Below, piece by piece: positions 12,042-25,056 of a stretch of DNA of 64,000 bases (the first letter of the stretch is position 1; each line of letters starts with the position of its first letter). The notes beneath the pieces were generated by a model, which saw only the letters and a list, made by a program, of their open reading frames with translations, was not told the DNA's origin and made no database searches. The position numbers and the translations under genes were made by a program. Source of the stretch: Protoeuglena noctilucae (Eukaryota); NCBI GenBank assembly GCA_958009085.1, contig OY253670.1:372001-436000 (forward strand), in the 5' to 3' direction.

Positions 12042-13498
12042 TCACGAGTCGTCCTCCGATACGGATATGGGCCTCGCGATGGCCTCGTCGTCGGAGTCCT
12101 CGCCCTGCCCGAACGTCAGCACGGCCACCATGATGTCGATCGATGCAACCAAGCCGTCGTGGTCCAGCAGCGCGTGGACCACGTGAGCGTCCACCTCCGC
12201 CATCTCCCCCAGCGCGTAAAGGAACGGCCTGCGTGTGCGGAGAGACCGCCAGCGTTCGACTGCCGTGAGGTGGCCCCCTCATGGCCTTGGTGTGTGTATG
12301 GGCATGCGCAGCTTTCTCACGTGAGGCCGGGTCGCTCGACGGGGCTAACGACGACGACGTTGCTCTTCTCGTGCACGACCTCGAGCACCGTCCGCAGGAG
12401 CGCGGAGCAGTCGGGGCGGTAGAAGAGGTCGCACGCCACCACCACGTCGAACCGCCTGCCCCCCGCGCCACCGCCCCACGCGAGCCTCGCGGCAGTGACG
12501 CCCGGGAGGTCCCTCAGCACCTCAATGCACTTGTGACACGCGTCTGCGTGCGTGCCGGGAAGGTGCGGGGTCGCTCTAGATATGGAGCTGGAGCTGCAGA
12601 GGCAAGGGTGGCACGCTCCCCCTGCCACCGGCACAGCAGCAGCCCCTGCGTGTCACGCACCCGTGGCGAGGACTGCCCTCGGCGGCGGCATCACGGCGGC
12701 GGCGGCGGCACTAGCCAGGCCCACCCCCGCGCCGAGCTCGATCACGGTCCGGCCGGCCAGCATGTCGTGTCCCATCGGCGATGCCGCGAGGGACGCAAAC
12801 ACGATGGAGCTCACCCAGGGCGCACCGCCTGTGGAGGGACTCTGCGGGGTGGTAGCGGCGCGGGGTATGGTGTGCGGCCCGTTCGTCGGGATGCCGTTGC
12901 ATGGTGTGCTGCACATTTGTCAACGCTGGGCGGGGCGCGGGGCGTGGCGATGCCCGATGCCTCGCCTCGACGGCCTCCCGAATGTTGATCTTGGCACTCT
13001 CCGTCAGGAATCGCTTCGTGAGCTGGTCCACTCGCCGCGCATGCACGTTCCCTAAGGGGAGCGTCGTGCCATGGAAGGAAAAAACGCCCGTGACATCTGA
13101 GAGCGCAGGAGGAAGGGCGCGGGCTGATGCGATCGGAAGAACGGCATCGAGTCTGGCATGCGCGGGCCAGGAAGGCACGCACCGGCGAGGCCCTGTGGCG
13201 CCTGTCCCTGCGCCACGAGCTGCGAATGAAATGGCGAGGCCTGAACCAGCGATAGCGACGCCACTCGGTCGGGTTTGGGGACAAATGACTTGCAGGTGGA
13301 TTCCTCGTCGCTGTCTGCGGTCTCTGCGGGTGGGAAAACGCGGGAGACGTTCTGGACTCTTGGACGCCCGCGTCGCCCCACCCGGACACGATCGGCGGAT
13401 CCCCGGCCACTCCGGCCCGTAGTAGAAGCATTCAAATAGCTGAGCCGCGCTGCACCTGCTGTGGCGGCCGCTGCCGGCGTTTGGAAATCGTGGAACAT
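12042..13498 (-). CDS. Protein N-lysine methyltransferase, family 16 (METTL21/23-like)
   Basis: TGGAPWVSSIV, VIELGAGVGLAS, LAWG..FDVVVACDLFY. The 5' exons are tentative. Confidence 0.8.
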
Positions 13499-13721
13499 CG
13501 CAGCGCCGAGCGGGCGCCCGAGAAGCTCTGAGCGGCCCCTTCAGCCTCGCTTTTGGCGCATGTGGAGAGTGCCGATGCGGAGGTTGTGGAGAGCCACGGG
13601 GCCGCGGGCTAGGGTAGATGTGCAGCACACAGTTTGTGGAGCTTTGACCCTGTCGTCGCCGTGCCACGGTGACGCGATATTCCAGTTCCAAACGCAGCTC
13701 TTGGTGACCGAGAAAGCAACC

Positions 13722-16354
13722 ATGGTCCTCGTCGATGAAGAAAAGGGCGACATCCCCGGCGCCCGCCGGCCCGGATGCTGGAGGCGGTGAGTAGGCTCGA
13801 AACGCGTTTGAACGGGCCTAATTTCAAAGGTTTGGTGTCTGGCCGTCACACATGTCGGCTAAGATGGCCTCCTGAGTTGTCTCAAGAGTCACAGGCATGC
13901 GACCCCCCTTGCTGAGCCCTCAGCCTCCAAAGGCCTCCTATTCCATTCCAAGTATGTTACTTGCATTCCCAGTATGAACCCGTGCGTGCGGATGGCGCTC
14001 GTGGTGGGCGGATGCCTCGTCCTCGTCGCCGCGGCGGTCTTGGTGGGGCTCGGCGCCTCGGGCATTTTGGGCGGGTCCAAAAAGGGTTCGTCTTCTTCCA
14101 CGTACGCCAAAGTCACGGCTGCCAACGCCAAAAACACCGGACGACGGCGCGCCGTGCTCGGAGCACAGGTCAACAACATCGCATGGTCGGCGGAGGCTTC
14201 GGGACTCCCCAGGTGACCACAACGGCTGTGCTGGCCCCACATCGTCCTTAATCTGGTATGTGACACCCCTGATTGGGATGGGCCGCGATGGGACCGGCGG
14301 GGCAGGCGGGCAAGGTGCGAGGTGTGCGAGGTCAATTGCACGCCACGTCACAAGCCGGCCGCCTTCGCATGAAACCTCCCTCCGCAAACTCTTACACAGG
14401 GTTCTGAACGCTGCCACTCCGACTCCGGCCTCAAGCACGCCCGGATCGACCGGCGGGCCGCCCTCCAGCGGCACGCCCCCGCCGGGCGAGCGCCCGGAGC
14501 CCTGCGTCAACTGCGCCGTCCCCGACCCGGTCGTCTTTCAGGTGAGAAAACGCAGGGATGGATCGGATTTGACTTTCACTCGCCCCAGGCAGCAAGATGT
14601 TCGCTAATGTATGCGCATGTGCACCGTTGATCCCCGCAGCGCCGCATCACATACATCTTCGTATCGGAGGAGAACGACACGTCTGTGCCCCCCGACACGC
14701 CCGATTCCGCCTACTTCCCCAGCCAAAACCCCCGCTTCGGGGGCGGCAGCTGCGTGATCCCCAACAAGTGCATGAACTTCATCGTCTACGAGGTGAGCTA
14801 GGAACATGTCGTTGTTCAAACATATTAAATGTTCATATATCATCGTTTGTAGTGTGCGCAAACCGGCCCTGGGGCATCTTATAGCCTCACCCGCTGCCCC
14901 TTCGCACGCAGAACCCCGGCTGCTGCGTGGGTGGCACCGTGTCTGCGGATACGTGCACGTTCGCCTACTCCCCCTGCTGCGCGACGACGCCCGCCGACTT
15001 CGACGCCAAGTACCCCACGCAGCAGGACATGATCAGCGCCTGCCAGGGTGGGCCCGACCAGACCGGCGGCTGGGCCCAGGCATTCCGTGACGGCACGACC
15101 CAGAGACCGAGTGCCGAGACGTGGATCGACTTCACGCAGACGTCCGCTGCCGTCACGGCCGAGCTGGGGTCCCAGGTGAGACGCGGTCGCCCTGCCGGGT
15201 ACGCCTGCCTGCGTCAGCGTGCCAGATATGCCACTGCCACGGTATGCCCTGGATACTCCCTGGCAACCCCGCCTGAGTTGGCGTGCTAGTGCCGCCCCTG
15301 TCACGTTTTGCCATGGTCTGCTGTGCCTGTGGTACGCGTGGTGGTGAGCTGTGGACCGCCCTAAGTGTCCACGCCCCATGTCGTGTTTGTCATGCTTCAC
15401 CGCCTCGCCTCTTTGCTGCCCCACAGCCCATCCCCTTCCTCCTCAAGGAAAACGAGCGCCAGTGGGCCAACCACAGCAGCGGCCAGCTACGAATGGTGGT
15501 CCTGCAGTTCGGCAACAGCAACACGGCAGCCAACCTTCGCTGGCAGTGCGGGCCCATGACGGCGCCCACCGAAGAGATCGGGGCGCAGGCGAGTGCGGTT
15601 CGGATCGCGACATGAAGTCCCGGTTGCACAGCACGAAACGGCGGCTGCACAGGCTGTGCATACAGAGCACGCGTGGTGTACAGCAATGCACTCACCCTGC
15701 ATCACCCTGCCCTGCCCACGTGCTCACGCTCACACTTGCCTCTCTGCAACCTTACCTGTACACCCATGTCCCCTTGTGTGCCCACCCCAGGCCCAAGTCA
15801 ACACGCTCTTCAGCTCCCCCATCTCCGTCCCCGAGAACATGACGGTCGTCTTTGAGCTCTCGTATGACTACACCAACTCCTGCGAGTGCTACACGACCAA
15901 GCCCTCCTGGTGGGACAACTTCACGCCCGCCGGGACCACCTACACCTACGACAAGTGAGACTCGCAATTTACTGACCGAGACGAAATGAGATGGAGACAA
16001 ACATGAGCCAGGGGTGTGGCTGTGGCTATGGCTGTGGATGTGACTGTGACTGTGAAGGTCGGCCGTTTCAACCCCTCCAACTCCAGCCCCACGTCCGCAC
16101 CCCACAGGAACAAGCGCCAGTCGGGCCACATCGGCACCGACAACTCCTCGTACTGGTGCATCTTCTGGGACCCCGTCATTACCCCCACCGCATCCCTCGT
16201 GGCCAACGCCGCGCCGACTCCGGAGCCCACCCGCCAGCACCAGTACACTGGCTCGCCCACCGCCACCGCCCCATCGGGCCCAGGCACACCGAGCGGCACC
16301 GGCGGCCCCACTTCGACGCCCGCGGCCGCGCCCACTCCCACCCCCACGCCCTGA
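13722..16354 (+). CDS. Orphan type II membrane/surface protein with Cys-rich ectodomain and Pro/Thr-rich tail (8 exons)
   Basis: Short N-tail, hydrophobic ALVVGGCLVLVAAAVLVGLGASGILG, Cys-rich exons, PTPTPTP* end. All exons join in frame, one via a GC donor at 15589. Confidence 0.75.
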
Positions 16355-16985
16355 ACAAGAGATTCCTGGGAGGAACTTGCGAGTTGTTACGTCATCTCAG
16401 CTCAGCTCCCAGCTCCCAGCAACACACCCACCACTCTGCCCTTGTGGGGAGGGTCCACATCGTGATGCCGTGCACGTGGACGCACGACCTCGTAACATCC
16501 CGTCTAATAGCTATCCTCGTTTTCTGTGCTTGCCGCTTAACGAGACCTGTGGATGCCACCGCCCAGCTGCTCAGCGAGCATCGCTGGTGTCGCATCGTGT
16601 TACGTAGCACCCATGTCACGGTTGCTGCCCTGGCGCTCGCCTGCTGCCGATGCTGTCGGCAGCATGCCGACCGACAAGGGCCCTGTCACTGTAACGTCCA
16701 TAGCCGGCTTGTAATGAAGCTAGCTTGTCACGCCCTGTCGTGATCGTGCTGTCGCGACTGGTACCAGTGCCCTCGCGCAGGCGACTGACGGGACTGTGAG
16801 CTAAGCCTGAGGCACTTTCTGCCACCTTGGTTGAAACCGATAAGTGCCGAGCCACTTCACCTATGCAGTGTGTCAGGTCCGTTTGTTCCTAGCTAACCCA
16901 GAGCAGCGACACTATGCCTCTTCGCAGTAACAATCGCTCGACCGCCGCGCTCAGTGGTGGTCATTGTCACATGCATGCCATTGAT

Positions 16986-19900
16986 TCACTTGGCCGTCGC
17001 CGCCCCCTTGGCCGCCCCCTTCTTTGTCTTGGCAGATGTCCTAAGCACTTGAAGGGCGTCAGGCCCTTCCTGTGGCCGCCCCAACGCCCCCCGACCCACC
17101 ACCACCATCGCGCGACCCCCCTTGCCACCCTTGCCGCGCCTCGCCAAAGCGTCACGCAACGCGCGGGCACGCGACTCCGCCTGCATTGCAGAGAGACGGC
17201 GGCTTCGAGAGTCACTCGTTATAAATGTGCAAACGGAGCTGCCATATCACCATCACTGACAACCCCTCTCCTCCCTGACCCTTACACACGCTACCACCAC
17301 CTCTCTCTCCTCCCATCCCTCACCAATGTCTCCACCCTCCCCTTCCCTTTCCCCTTCTTCCCCTCACGCCCCGCCCCACGCCCCGCCCCCGCCCCTCCCT
17401 GCCCAGCCGCCCCACTGTTACCCCCACCGCTGCTCCCCGCCTCCCCATCCGCGTTTCGCTTTGCTGGAGGTTCCTCGTTACCACCATTACCCCCACCCTC
17501 GCCCCGGCTCCCCACCAACTCCTTGGCGAGAGCCACGCCTCCCCTTGATGCCGTCAGCACAGCGTCGCTCCCCTCCCCGCCCTCTGCACCTGAAAAGAAG
17601 CGGGACAGGGTAGGGTTTCAGTGAGACCATTGCATGTGAGCCGAGGCACAAAGGGTCACAGCCACGGCCACAGCCACAACACATCATCCCTTACGCATGG
17701 CACCCCTCACATCCCCCACCTCCCCAACACCCCAAATCACCCCAACACCCCCTCGCCTGCTGCCCCCCCCACGTGTGCCAGTACGGTCGCCTGCGCCCCC
17801 GTGAAGAATCGATGGCTGAATCGGGGCTGCATGGGCTGGGCCAGTCGTGTAGATAGCTGGGCACGCAATGACCGTGCCTGAGCCAACGCCTTTGCGTCTG
17901 CCTTGGTGCGGGGGGAGGGGCCTGGGGTGCAAGAGTAAGAGAGAAGAGAAGTTGCAGTTGGGTTGCGGTTGCATCGGGTTGCGAGTTGCATGTGATGGGG
18001 GGTGACAAAGGAACAGTGGCACTTACAATCCACATTTTGACGCTCGCCTTTCCCATCAGCACCCACTCTCACTCACCCCCACTCCTCCCCTCACCTTCCC
18101 CGTCCCCCTCCCCCTCATCGCCCTCCACCTCAAGCCCCACCTTCCCCATCCCCACCCCCACTCCTCCCCTCACCTTCCCCGTCCCCCTCCCCCTCATCGC
18201 CCTCCACCTCAAGCCCCACCTTCCCCATCCCCACCCCCACTCCTCCCCTCACCTTCCCCGTCCCCCTCCCCCTCATCGCCCTCCACCTCCAGCCCCGCCT
18301 CCTCGGCATTGCGCCGCATCCAGTCACCCTCAGCCTTCTGCTTGCGCATGCCCCGCTCAATGTCATCCACACGCATCGCCAACGCCAAACGAGCCTTGGC
18401 CTCTGGCAGCACTGCGACAGAGGGAGGGCGATGAGTGCATCATGGGGTGATGTGTTATGGGTGGCAGAAGGGGATAAGTGTGTGGGGTGACGTGCCGCTT
18501 TGTCACCACAAGTGAGGGGTGCGTGGCACAAGGGAAGCGAGCGCAAGCGACAGAGGGGCACAACGTTGCGATGCTATGAGTGCCCACAAAACTGTCCCTT
18601 GTGAGCTGAGCCAATTCAAATCACTGTACAGTCACAGTCACTGACCTGTGGTGGACAGTCGCAGTCACTGAGTCACTAACCTGTGGGGTCTACGGGGAAC
18701 TCGGGTGGCAGGTCGTCGACGAGGTGAGCGAGGAGGGCGAGGTACCTCGGCTTGTCGGGGGGGGTGACCAGGGCCACGGAGAGACCCTCCTGCCCCGCGC
18801 GACCGGTGCGGCCGGCACGGTGCACGTAGATGTCTGCGTGGGGGGGTACATGGAGATAGATGACTGCGTTGGGTAAGTGGGGTGAGAGATGCCGATGTGT
18901 GTGGATGGGTGGCTGGCAGCTGCATGCGCGGGGAGTGCGGATGGCATGTGAAGGTAAGAAGTAGCATTGCTAATGCCGTACACTCACCCAGGCTGGCGGG
19001 CATCTGGTAGTGCACCACGCACCACACACAGACACACCACCCACACACACACACCCACCCACCACGCATGACACACTCACTCACCCAGGCTGGCGGGCAT
19101 CTGGTAGTGCACGACGCACCGCACCCCCCGGACGTCGATGCCCCTCGCCGCCACGTCCGTGGCCACGAGGACCGCGGAGGGATTCGAACCGAACCGCTCC
19201 AGGCTCCGCAGTCGCTGCCGCTGCTGCTGCTGGGCGTGGATGGCGTGGGCGGGGAGGCCCAGGATGGAGAGGAGCGCCACCACGCGCCGCACGGCCGACA
19301 CCGCGTTACAAAAGACCATCGTCCGGCCCGGGTGCAAAGCGAGGAGGTAGTAGAGCAGCGCGTCGCGGTCGCGATCGAGGCACTCGATGTGCGCCTGGTG
19401 GACCCCCGCGGCCAGGCGACGGGAGGACGTCACGTCGACGATGTCTGGCACGGCACCGCCACGCCAGATGCGCTCCACCAGGGCCTCGATCTGCAAACGC
19501 GATAACAGAAACGTGTTAAATATGTATATACAACTCAGAATATGCGTGAGCTTTCCTGCACGGCACTCGGAGCGGGCGGGTGGGAGGTCAGCAGCGAGGG
19601 CGTGTCAACTTGATCCCACCGCAGCACGCCCTCTGCGCCAGAGCGAGCCTCACGTTGGGCGCCCTGCCGCCGTATCCGCCCTTGCCGCGCTCGACTTTCT
19701 TCTTCCATGACTGCGGGAGCGTGAGCGTAGCCGAGAAGAGCATTCGCGTGACTTGCAGCCTTGCCCCCCGCCTCTTCCGGGCCAAACGCTCCTGCTCCCG
19801 CAGAACCGCGTCGCCGCGGTCCTCGTTCGGATCGACGGAGAGGAACTCCGCGTGGTCGGCGCCCCTGCAAAGCGATGATAAGGAGGGTGAGGGTCGGGGA

Positions 19901-21628
19901 GTGGAGGCAGGAGCACGCATGGCCACAGTCCCAGCTATGTGTGTCCATCCCGACAAGACGCCACAGGACGAACAGTCACTTGAGAGCACGCAGACAGATG
20001 CAGGCAGGCGTGCTCAAGAGAGAGCTCGAAGCCAGTCATAATGCCCCCACATCGGAGCTCGGCTGGCGTCGCCTTGCCTTGTGTGCATGTGCATATGACC
20101 CAGGCGCTCACCAGAGGGGCGACAATCGATCGAGGATGTGCATGAGTTCCTGGAAATGTCCCTTCTCCGCCATTCGGTCCGCCTCGTCAATCACCAGGAA
20201 TCGAAGTCCCGATGTGTCGGTGAGATGCACGTGGTCCCCGCTGCTCATCAGCTCCCACAGCCGCCCGGGAGTCGCCACCACCACCTCAGGGCGGTATCCT
20301 ACCAATCGCTCCTGTTTCTGATGCGAGATGCCCCCCACGATTGCCACAGTGCGGATGCCACAGGGGCGGCCCACCGCCGCGAAGTGCTCCGCCACCTGAA
20401 GGGCCAGCTCCCGCGTCGGGGCGAGGACCAGCGCGCGGAGGCGGCGGTCGGCCGCAGCGGCGTCCCTGCAAGCGCGCGAAGCGGGGGGCGTGAGGCAGGG
20501 GCGAGGCGGGGAGCGCAGGTGGGAGCGGCAGGCAGCGAGCGTCGGCCGATGAACCCCCAAACGCGCGTGCGCACGCGAACCGCACCCGTCCGCGTCGCTC
20601 TCTGTGGCCCCGACTGCTGCGCGCTCCTCCCGCTCCTGCAGTAACCGCTGTAGGATGGGCAGCGCAAAGGCAAGCGTCTTGCCGCTGCCCGTCTCGGCCG
20701 CGCCCACGACGTCCCGGCCGTCTCGCGTCACGCGCGGAATCACCGCCTTCTGGATCGGAGTCGGCCTCTCGAATCCAACTTTCGACAGCGCCGCCTCGAT
20801 GCGCGGATGGAGCAGGAGGGGCCGCCACGCAGACACGTCCACCCCCGGGGACGCATCCTCCTCCGCTCCCTCCTCCTGAGACGCCGCGAAGAGACAAGCG
20901 AGATATATAGTGCGGAACTAATGATGGCGCCGAACAGAATTACGCTTCGCCGCGGCGCGCGCACCTCCGCCTCCACGGCCTTCGCTTCGGCCCTTTCCTT
21001 CGCCTTGGCCCTCTTCCCGCGCCGCCCCTCGACCGCTCCCGACCCGCTCTTTCCTTCCTCGCTCTCCGCCCGCTCCCTGCCTCGCTTCGCGCCGCCCTCC
21101 CTGGCGCGCCCCTCCCCAGCAGCACCCGCACCGTCGGCTTCCCCCGCCCCCGCCTCGCGCAGCAGACGGTTTGCCTTCTCCTGGAGCTTCCGCGCGCGCT
21201 CCAACAGTTTCTCTCGTCGAACGTCGTCCTCGGCGCCGGATTCGTCCCTCGCGCCGCCCTGCGCCTTCGCTGGAGTCTTCCCGGCCTTCTTTCGCGAGCC
21301 GCCGTCACCGCCCGGGGCGCTTGTCCGCGCGGCAAAGAACTTATCCGGATTCAGGCGCTCAATAACCATCAGCCCGGGCTCCGAGAGGCCCCCGAAGAAG
21401 TCGTCGCCGGGCGCCACGGGCTCAAAGGCGTCATCGACCGCTGTCCTGCGGCCAAAGCGTGCCGGGGAGCGCATTCCGCGCCTCCCGAGACGCACGAGGG
21501 GAGTTTACGTGGCAAGTAAAAACGCACGGTCCTCACCAGTCGATGTCGGCGAGGTCGGCTGCCGCTTCCAGCGGGGGAGCAGCCTCGCCGCCTCGTGCAT
21601 CCTTGCGTTTCTTGACCGCTTTTCCCAT
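16986..21628 (-). CDS. DEAD-box RNA helicase DDX24/MAK5/RH13-like
   Basis: PTPIQ, AETGSGKTLAF, PTRELA, VIDEADRM..GHF.EL, FSATLT, ATDVAARGIDV, DIYVHRAGRTGRAG. Confidence 0.92.
18074..18299 (-). repeat. Three copies of a 79-bp unit containing exon end plus 5' splice site
   Basis: Unit starts at 18074, 18153 and 18232. Each carries ...GGGGACGGGGAAG|gtgagg on the minus strand. Confidence 0.92.
18981..19120 (-). repeat. 43-bp direct repeat of exon end plus donor
   Basis: 18981-19023 versus 19078-19120, one mismatch, encoding CVVHYQMPASL|gtgagtg. Confidence 0.92.
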
Positions 21629-21950
21629 CTCAAACTGGGAGCGCGACTTCACTGACGGCAGCCGCCATTACGGAGCGCCAAGAGGCAGGGACGCCAGCTG
21701 AGCTGCAGCGGGTCTGGCACGAACACGCCAGCCCATGAAACGGGCTCCGCCGCGCAAAAGGCTTGCTGGGGTGAAGCTCCTGGTCAATGCCTGCTAGCTA
21801 ATTGTATTCCTCACCACCACTGTTGCATAAGACGCACCACGTGCCCCGTGGAAGCTTGCAACGTGGCCGCATGCCTCTGTCGTCACTTAGGAAAGGCTAG
21901 GGGGCAGTTCAAGTGCTCGCACCGCGGGCCCATAGCCGGGCTACGCGCGC

Positions 21951-22594
21951 ATGTCCGGGGTCGTCCAGCAGGCGCTCGAGCACTACGCGCAGAAGCGCGA
22001 GACGCTGCAGGTGCCCCGCTGAAACCGCCTCGCAGAGCTCCGTCGTCATGCGACACGCTTGCGTCTTTGTTATTTCATCTGGGCCCGCCAAATGGGATTT
22101 TGTGGCTTCGAGCGCGTCGCGCCGCGGCATGAAGTACCGCCCCGCCCCTCGTGGCGTCCCGCGCCGCGAGCTTTCCGGCCGCCGAAAGCGCGAGCATGGG
22201 AACGTTACGTGCATCGTGCAGGAGGACGTGCGGGTTTTGGACCGGAAGATCTACGATTTGGAAGGAGCGTACCTTGGGTCCGAGAGCAGCCAATGCGGGA
22301 CGGTGTTCAAGGGCTTTGAGGGCTTCATGTCCAGCAAGGACGCAAATCGTAGGGTAAGCGGAGGCGTTGGGGCGGAAGAGCTTCGCCAGTCTCGCATAGG
22401 CTGGCCAGTGTCTTGGGTTGTGTCGCACGACCGACCATTTCAATGTCTGGTGCTTCTCGCAGCGCGGCAGGGTCTTCAAGGCCGACGAGCGACTCTTCTC
22501 TCTGTCATCCTTGACGAGTCCCGCGCACCAGGAGGTCGAGGCGGCGATAGAGGCCGAGCAGGGCGTGGGTGGGGGCAAGAAGGGCAAGCGATGA
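21951..22594 (+). CDS. EAF6: NuA4 subunit EAF6/MEAF6 (3 exons)
   Basis: LDRKIYDLEGAYL..CGTVFKGFEGF..FKADERLFSLSSLTSP. Confidence 0.9.
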
Positions 22595-22613
22595 CTTGAA
22601 CCGATGAACGGAG

Positions 22614-24626
22614 TCACAGCCTGGCCACCATCCACATGCCGTCGACGCAGTAGGGCCGCACGTCGAGGTCCAGCTCGCGTCCCTCCTCTGCCAACTGCTC
22701 CAACACCTCCGCCAGAGTCTGGCTGGACGACGGGCCGAAGCGGTTGTCCCACACGCGCACGTACTGCGTGGGGCGGGCAAGACACAGGCCATGTCATTTC
22801 GATGCCATGACCATCGCTCCTTTACCCTTTCTTAATGCCGCTCCTCGCCCTGTGTCTAAGCCACTGTGGTTCCCATGCTTTCCGGCGTATCCCATGCATC
22901 TGTGTCAGCTGGCAATGGCCTTGCCTGTAGGGACGGGCACTGCGCCAGCGTCTCCGAAACCGCCTCCAATCCCAGGTCGTTGATGCAGCACGTCTGCAGG
23001 TCGAGGCGCCAGATGTTGCACTGGTCGCCCATGTCGATCATCGCCTGGCACAACTCCACCACCGCCGCGTCCCCCAGCCTGCGTGGCACGGGCAGCATGC
23101 GTGCGGTCAGAGCTTGGCAGGAAGCCCCGCACCGTTGCGTCGACCTGGCGATGTCAATCCAGCGTTGCTCGTATGAGTTAGCGTTGCTCGCTTCATTCCG
23201 TCCTCATCCTGTGCTCCCACCTGTTCCCTGCCAAGTCCAGCTCCTCCAGGCACGGGAGCTTCTTGACCATCTCCGCCAACGTCGGCCCGCTGACGTCCGA
23301 GAGCTGGTTCGACCGCAGCGACTGCAAGCGAGAGGAGGAAGAGGGGACGTGTTCGTTCCCAAACCCGGGAGGATCGCAATCAGCAACATTCCACAGTGCC
23401 ACCCACGCGATACTGCAGTGGGCTCCACTGCGCAGGCAGGGTCCTTATGATATATGACATCAGCAACTCACCAGCGACACGATGCCCGAACCCGTGGGCA
23501 GGGCCGTTCTCATGAGGTACTGCAGGTCGTGGTCCTGTATTTGGCAGACCTTGAGGCTCAGCTCCTTCAGCGCGGAGCAGGCGCTGATCACGTTGCCCAG
23601 GTGCCGCGTGGAGTGCTCCGAGGGGCCCCGGAACGTCGGGGCGTCGATCTTGAGCGACTCGAGTGTCGCCTTGCACGCGCCCTCGTGGGTAGCAGCAAAG
23701 AGGCCCATGAGGCCCTTCATGCCCACGCCGGTGTAGCCGATGTCGAGCATGGTCTGCGAAGGGCCGGGTCGGGCGGGCGCGATGTGCAGCCGGCGACGAT
23801 TGGCTGGTGAGAGCGCCGGCTGTGTGTGTGCGACGTTGCGCGTGCAAGTTGCTGGGCGATGCCTGCGGGCCGCTGCGCTTACCAGCGTGTCGTGGGTGCG
23901 GAGGAAGTCGGAAAGGCGCAGGATGCCGTCGTCGGTGATGCCCGGGTTGCAATTGAGGACGAGCTGCTGCAGTCCCGATCCCCGGGACTCTGCCAGGGCA
24001 TCAACGAGCGCGACCAGACCGTCGTCCGTGACGCGGTTGTTCGACAGGATGATGCTCGCGATGTTGGGATTGCGGCGCACCAGGGCGGCCAGCGCCCGCA
24101 CGCCCTCGTCATCGATCCTGGAATGCGGGAGGGACCGACATGAGCCCGGCAGGGTTGCGTGTAGAGCGAGCGTTCTTAGCCCAGCAGCATGCCGCGACGA
24201 AAGCAGGACCGCATCGCGTACCTGTTGTAAGAGAAGTCGAGCGTGTGGACGTTGGCGTCGTCCTGGAGGGCCTCGGCGATGGCGGTGACGTCCGTGGAGT
24301 CGAGGCGCTCGTTGAAGAGGACCTTGGAATTGCCCGTGAGCTTGATGGCTGCCACCACCGAGTTCACTTGCACCGCGTTCTGCACGCAATTGGCGCTTCC
24401 AGTCATACCGCGTGCCGTGCGCGTGAGGGGACGTACACCAGCAGCAGCATCGCCGTCCCGCCTCCCGACAGGCCAGACTGGAACTCTCTGGCCACGCAGA
24501 GTTTCGGTCTGACGTTCGATAGCATGTCGTAACGTCTCTCGCCTTCAGGCCGTTGACGAGGATGTGGAGCGGCTCGACCTGCAGCCTCTCGCATGCCGCC
24601 GTGTAATTGGCGAGGAGGTGGTCCAT
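22614..24626 (-). CDS. LRRC34: Leucine-rich repeat protein, LRRC34-like
   Basis: LTGN..LFNERLDSTD, LDFSYNRIDDEG, RI-type LRRs, VWDNRF, C-terminal DVRPYCVDG. Confidence 0.75.
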
Positions 24627-25056
24627 GGCACCGGACCGGGGGCCCGGAAGCCCCCACGAAGTCTAACGGCGATACTCTGTCACAGACGTGGCAGCCGGCC
24701 AAGCAGCGAGGACGCCAAGGGGTGGAACAAGTGTGTATGCTTCAGTGTGTGCTTGTCCGATGAAATCAGGGGCTGTGCGTTGTGAGCAAGTTTGGATTGT
24801 GAACAAGTGCAGAGACTGAGGTGGAGTAGGGAGATTTTGAGCGCAACAGAGGTGATTGGCTTAAGCGCAAGTTGCAGCGCCAGCGATGGTTGCAGCGCTC
24901 GATCTCAAGCACGCCCGAGAGCGCGAGCTTATGCGTTGTTTTCCATGCATCTCTGACACGTGCCGAGTGCTTGCATCCGTTGTTCGCACGCTGGCAACGG
25001 CAAGCCCACGCGAAGTCTTGCCTCTTTGCTCCACGAATGGGCTCTTTCCAGCGACC

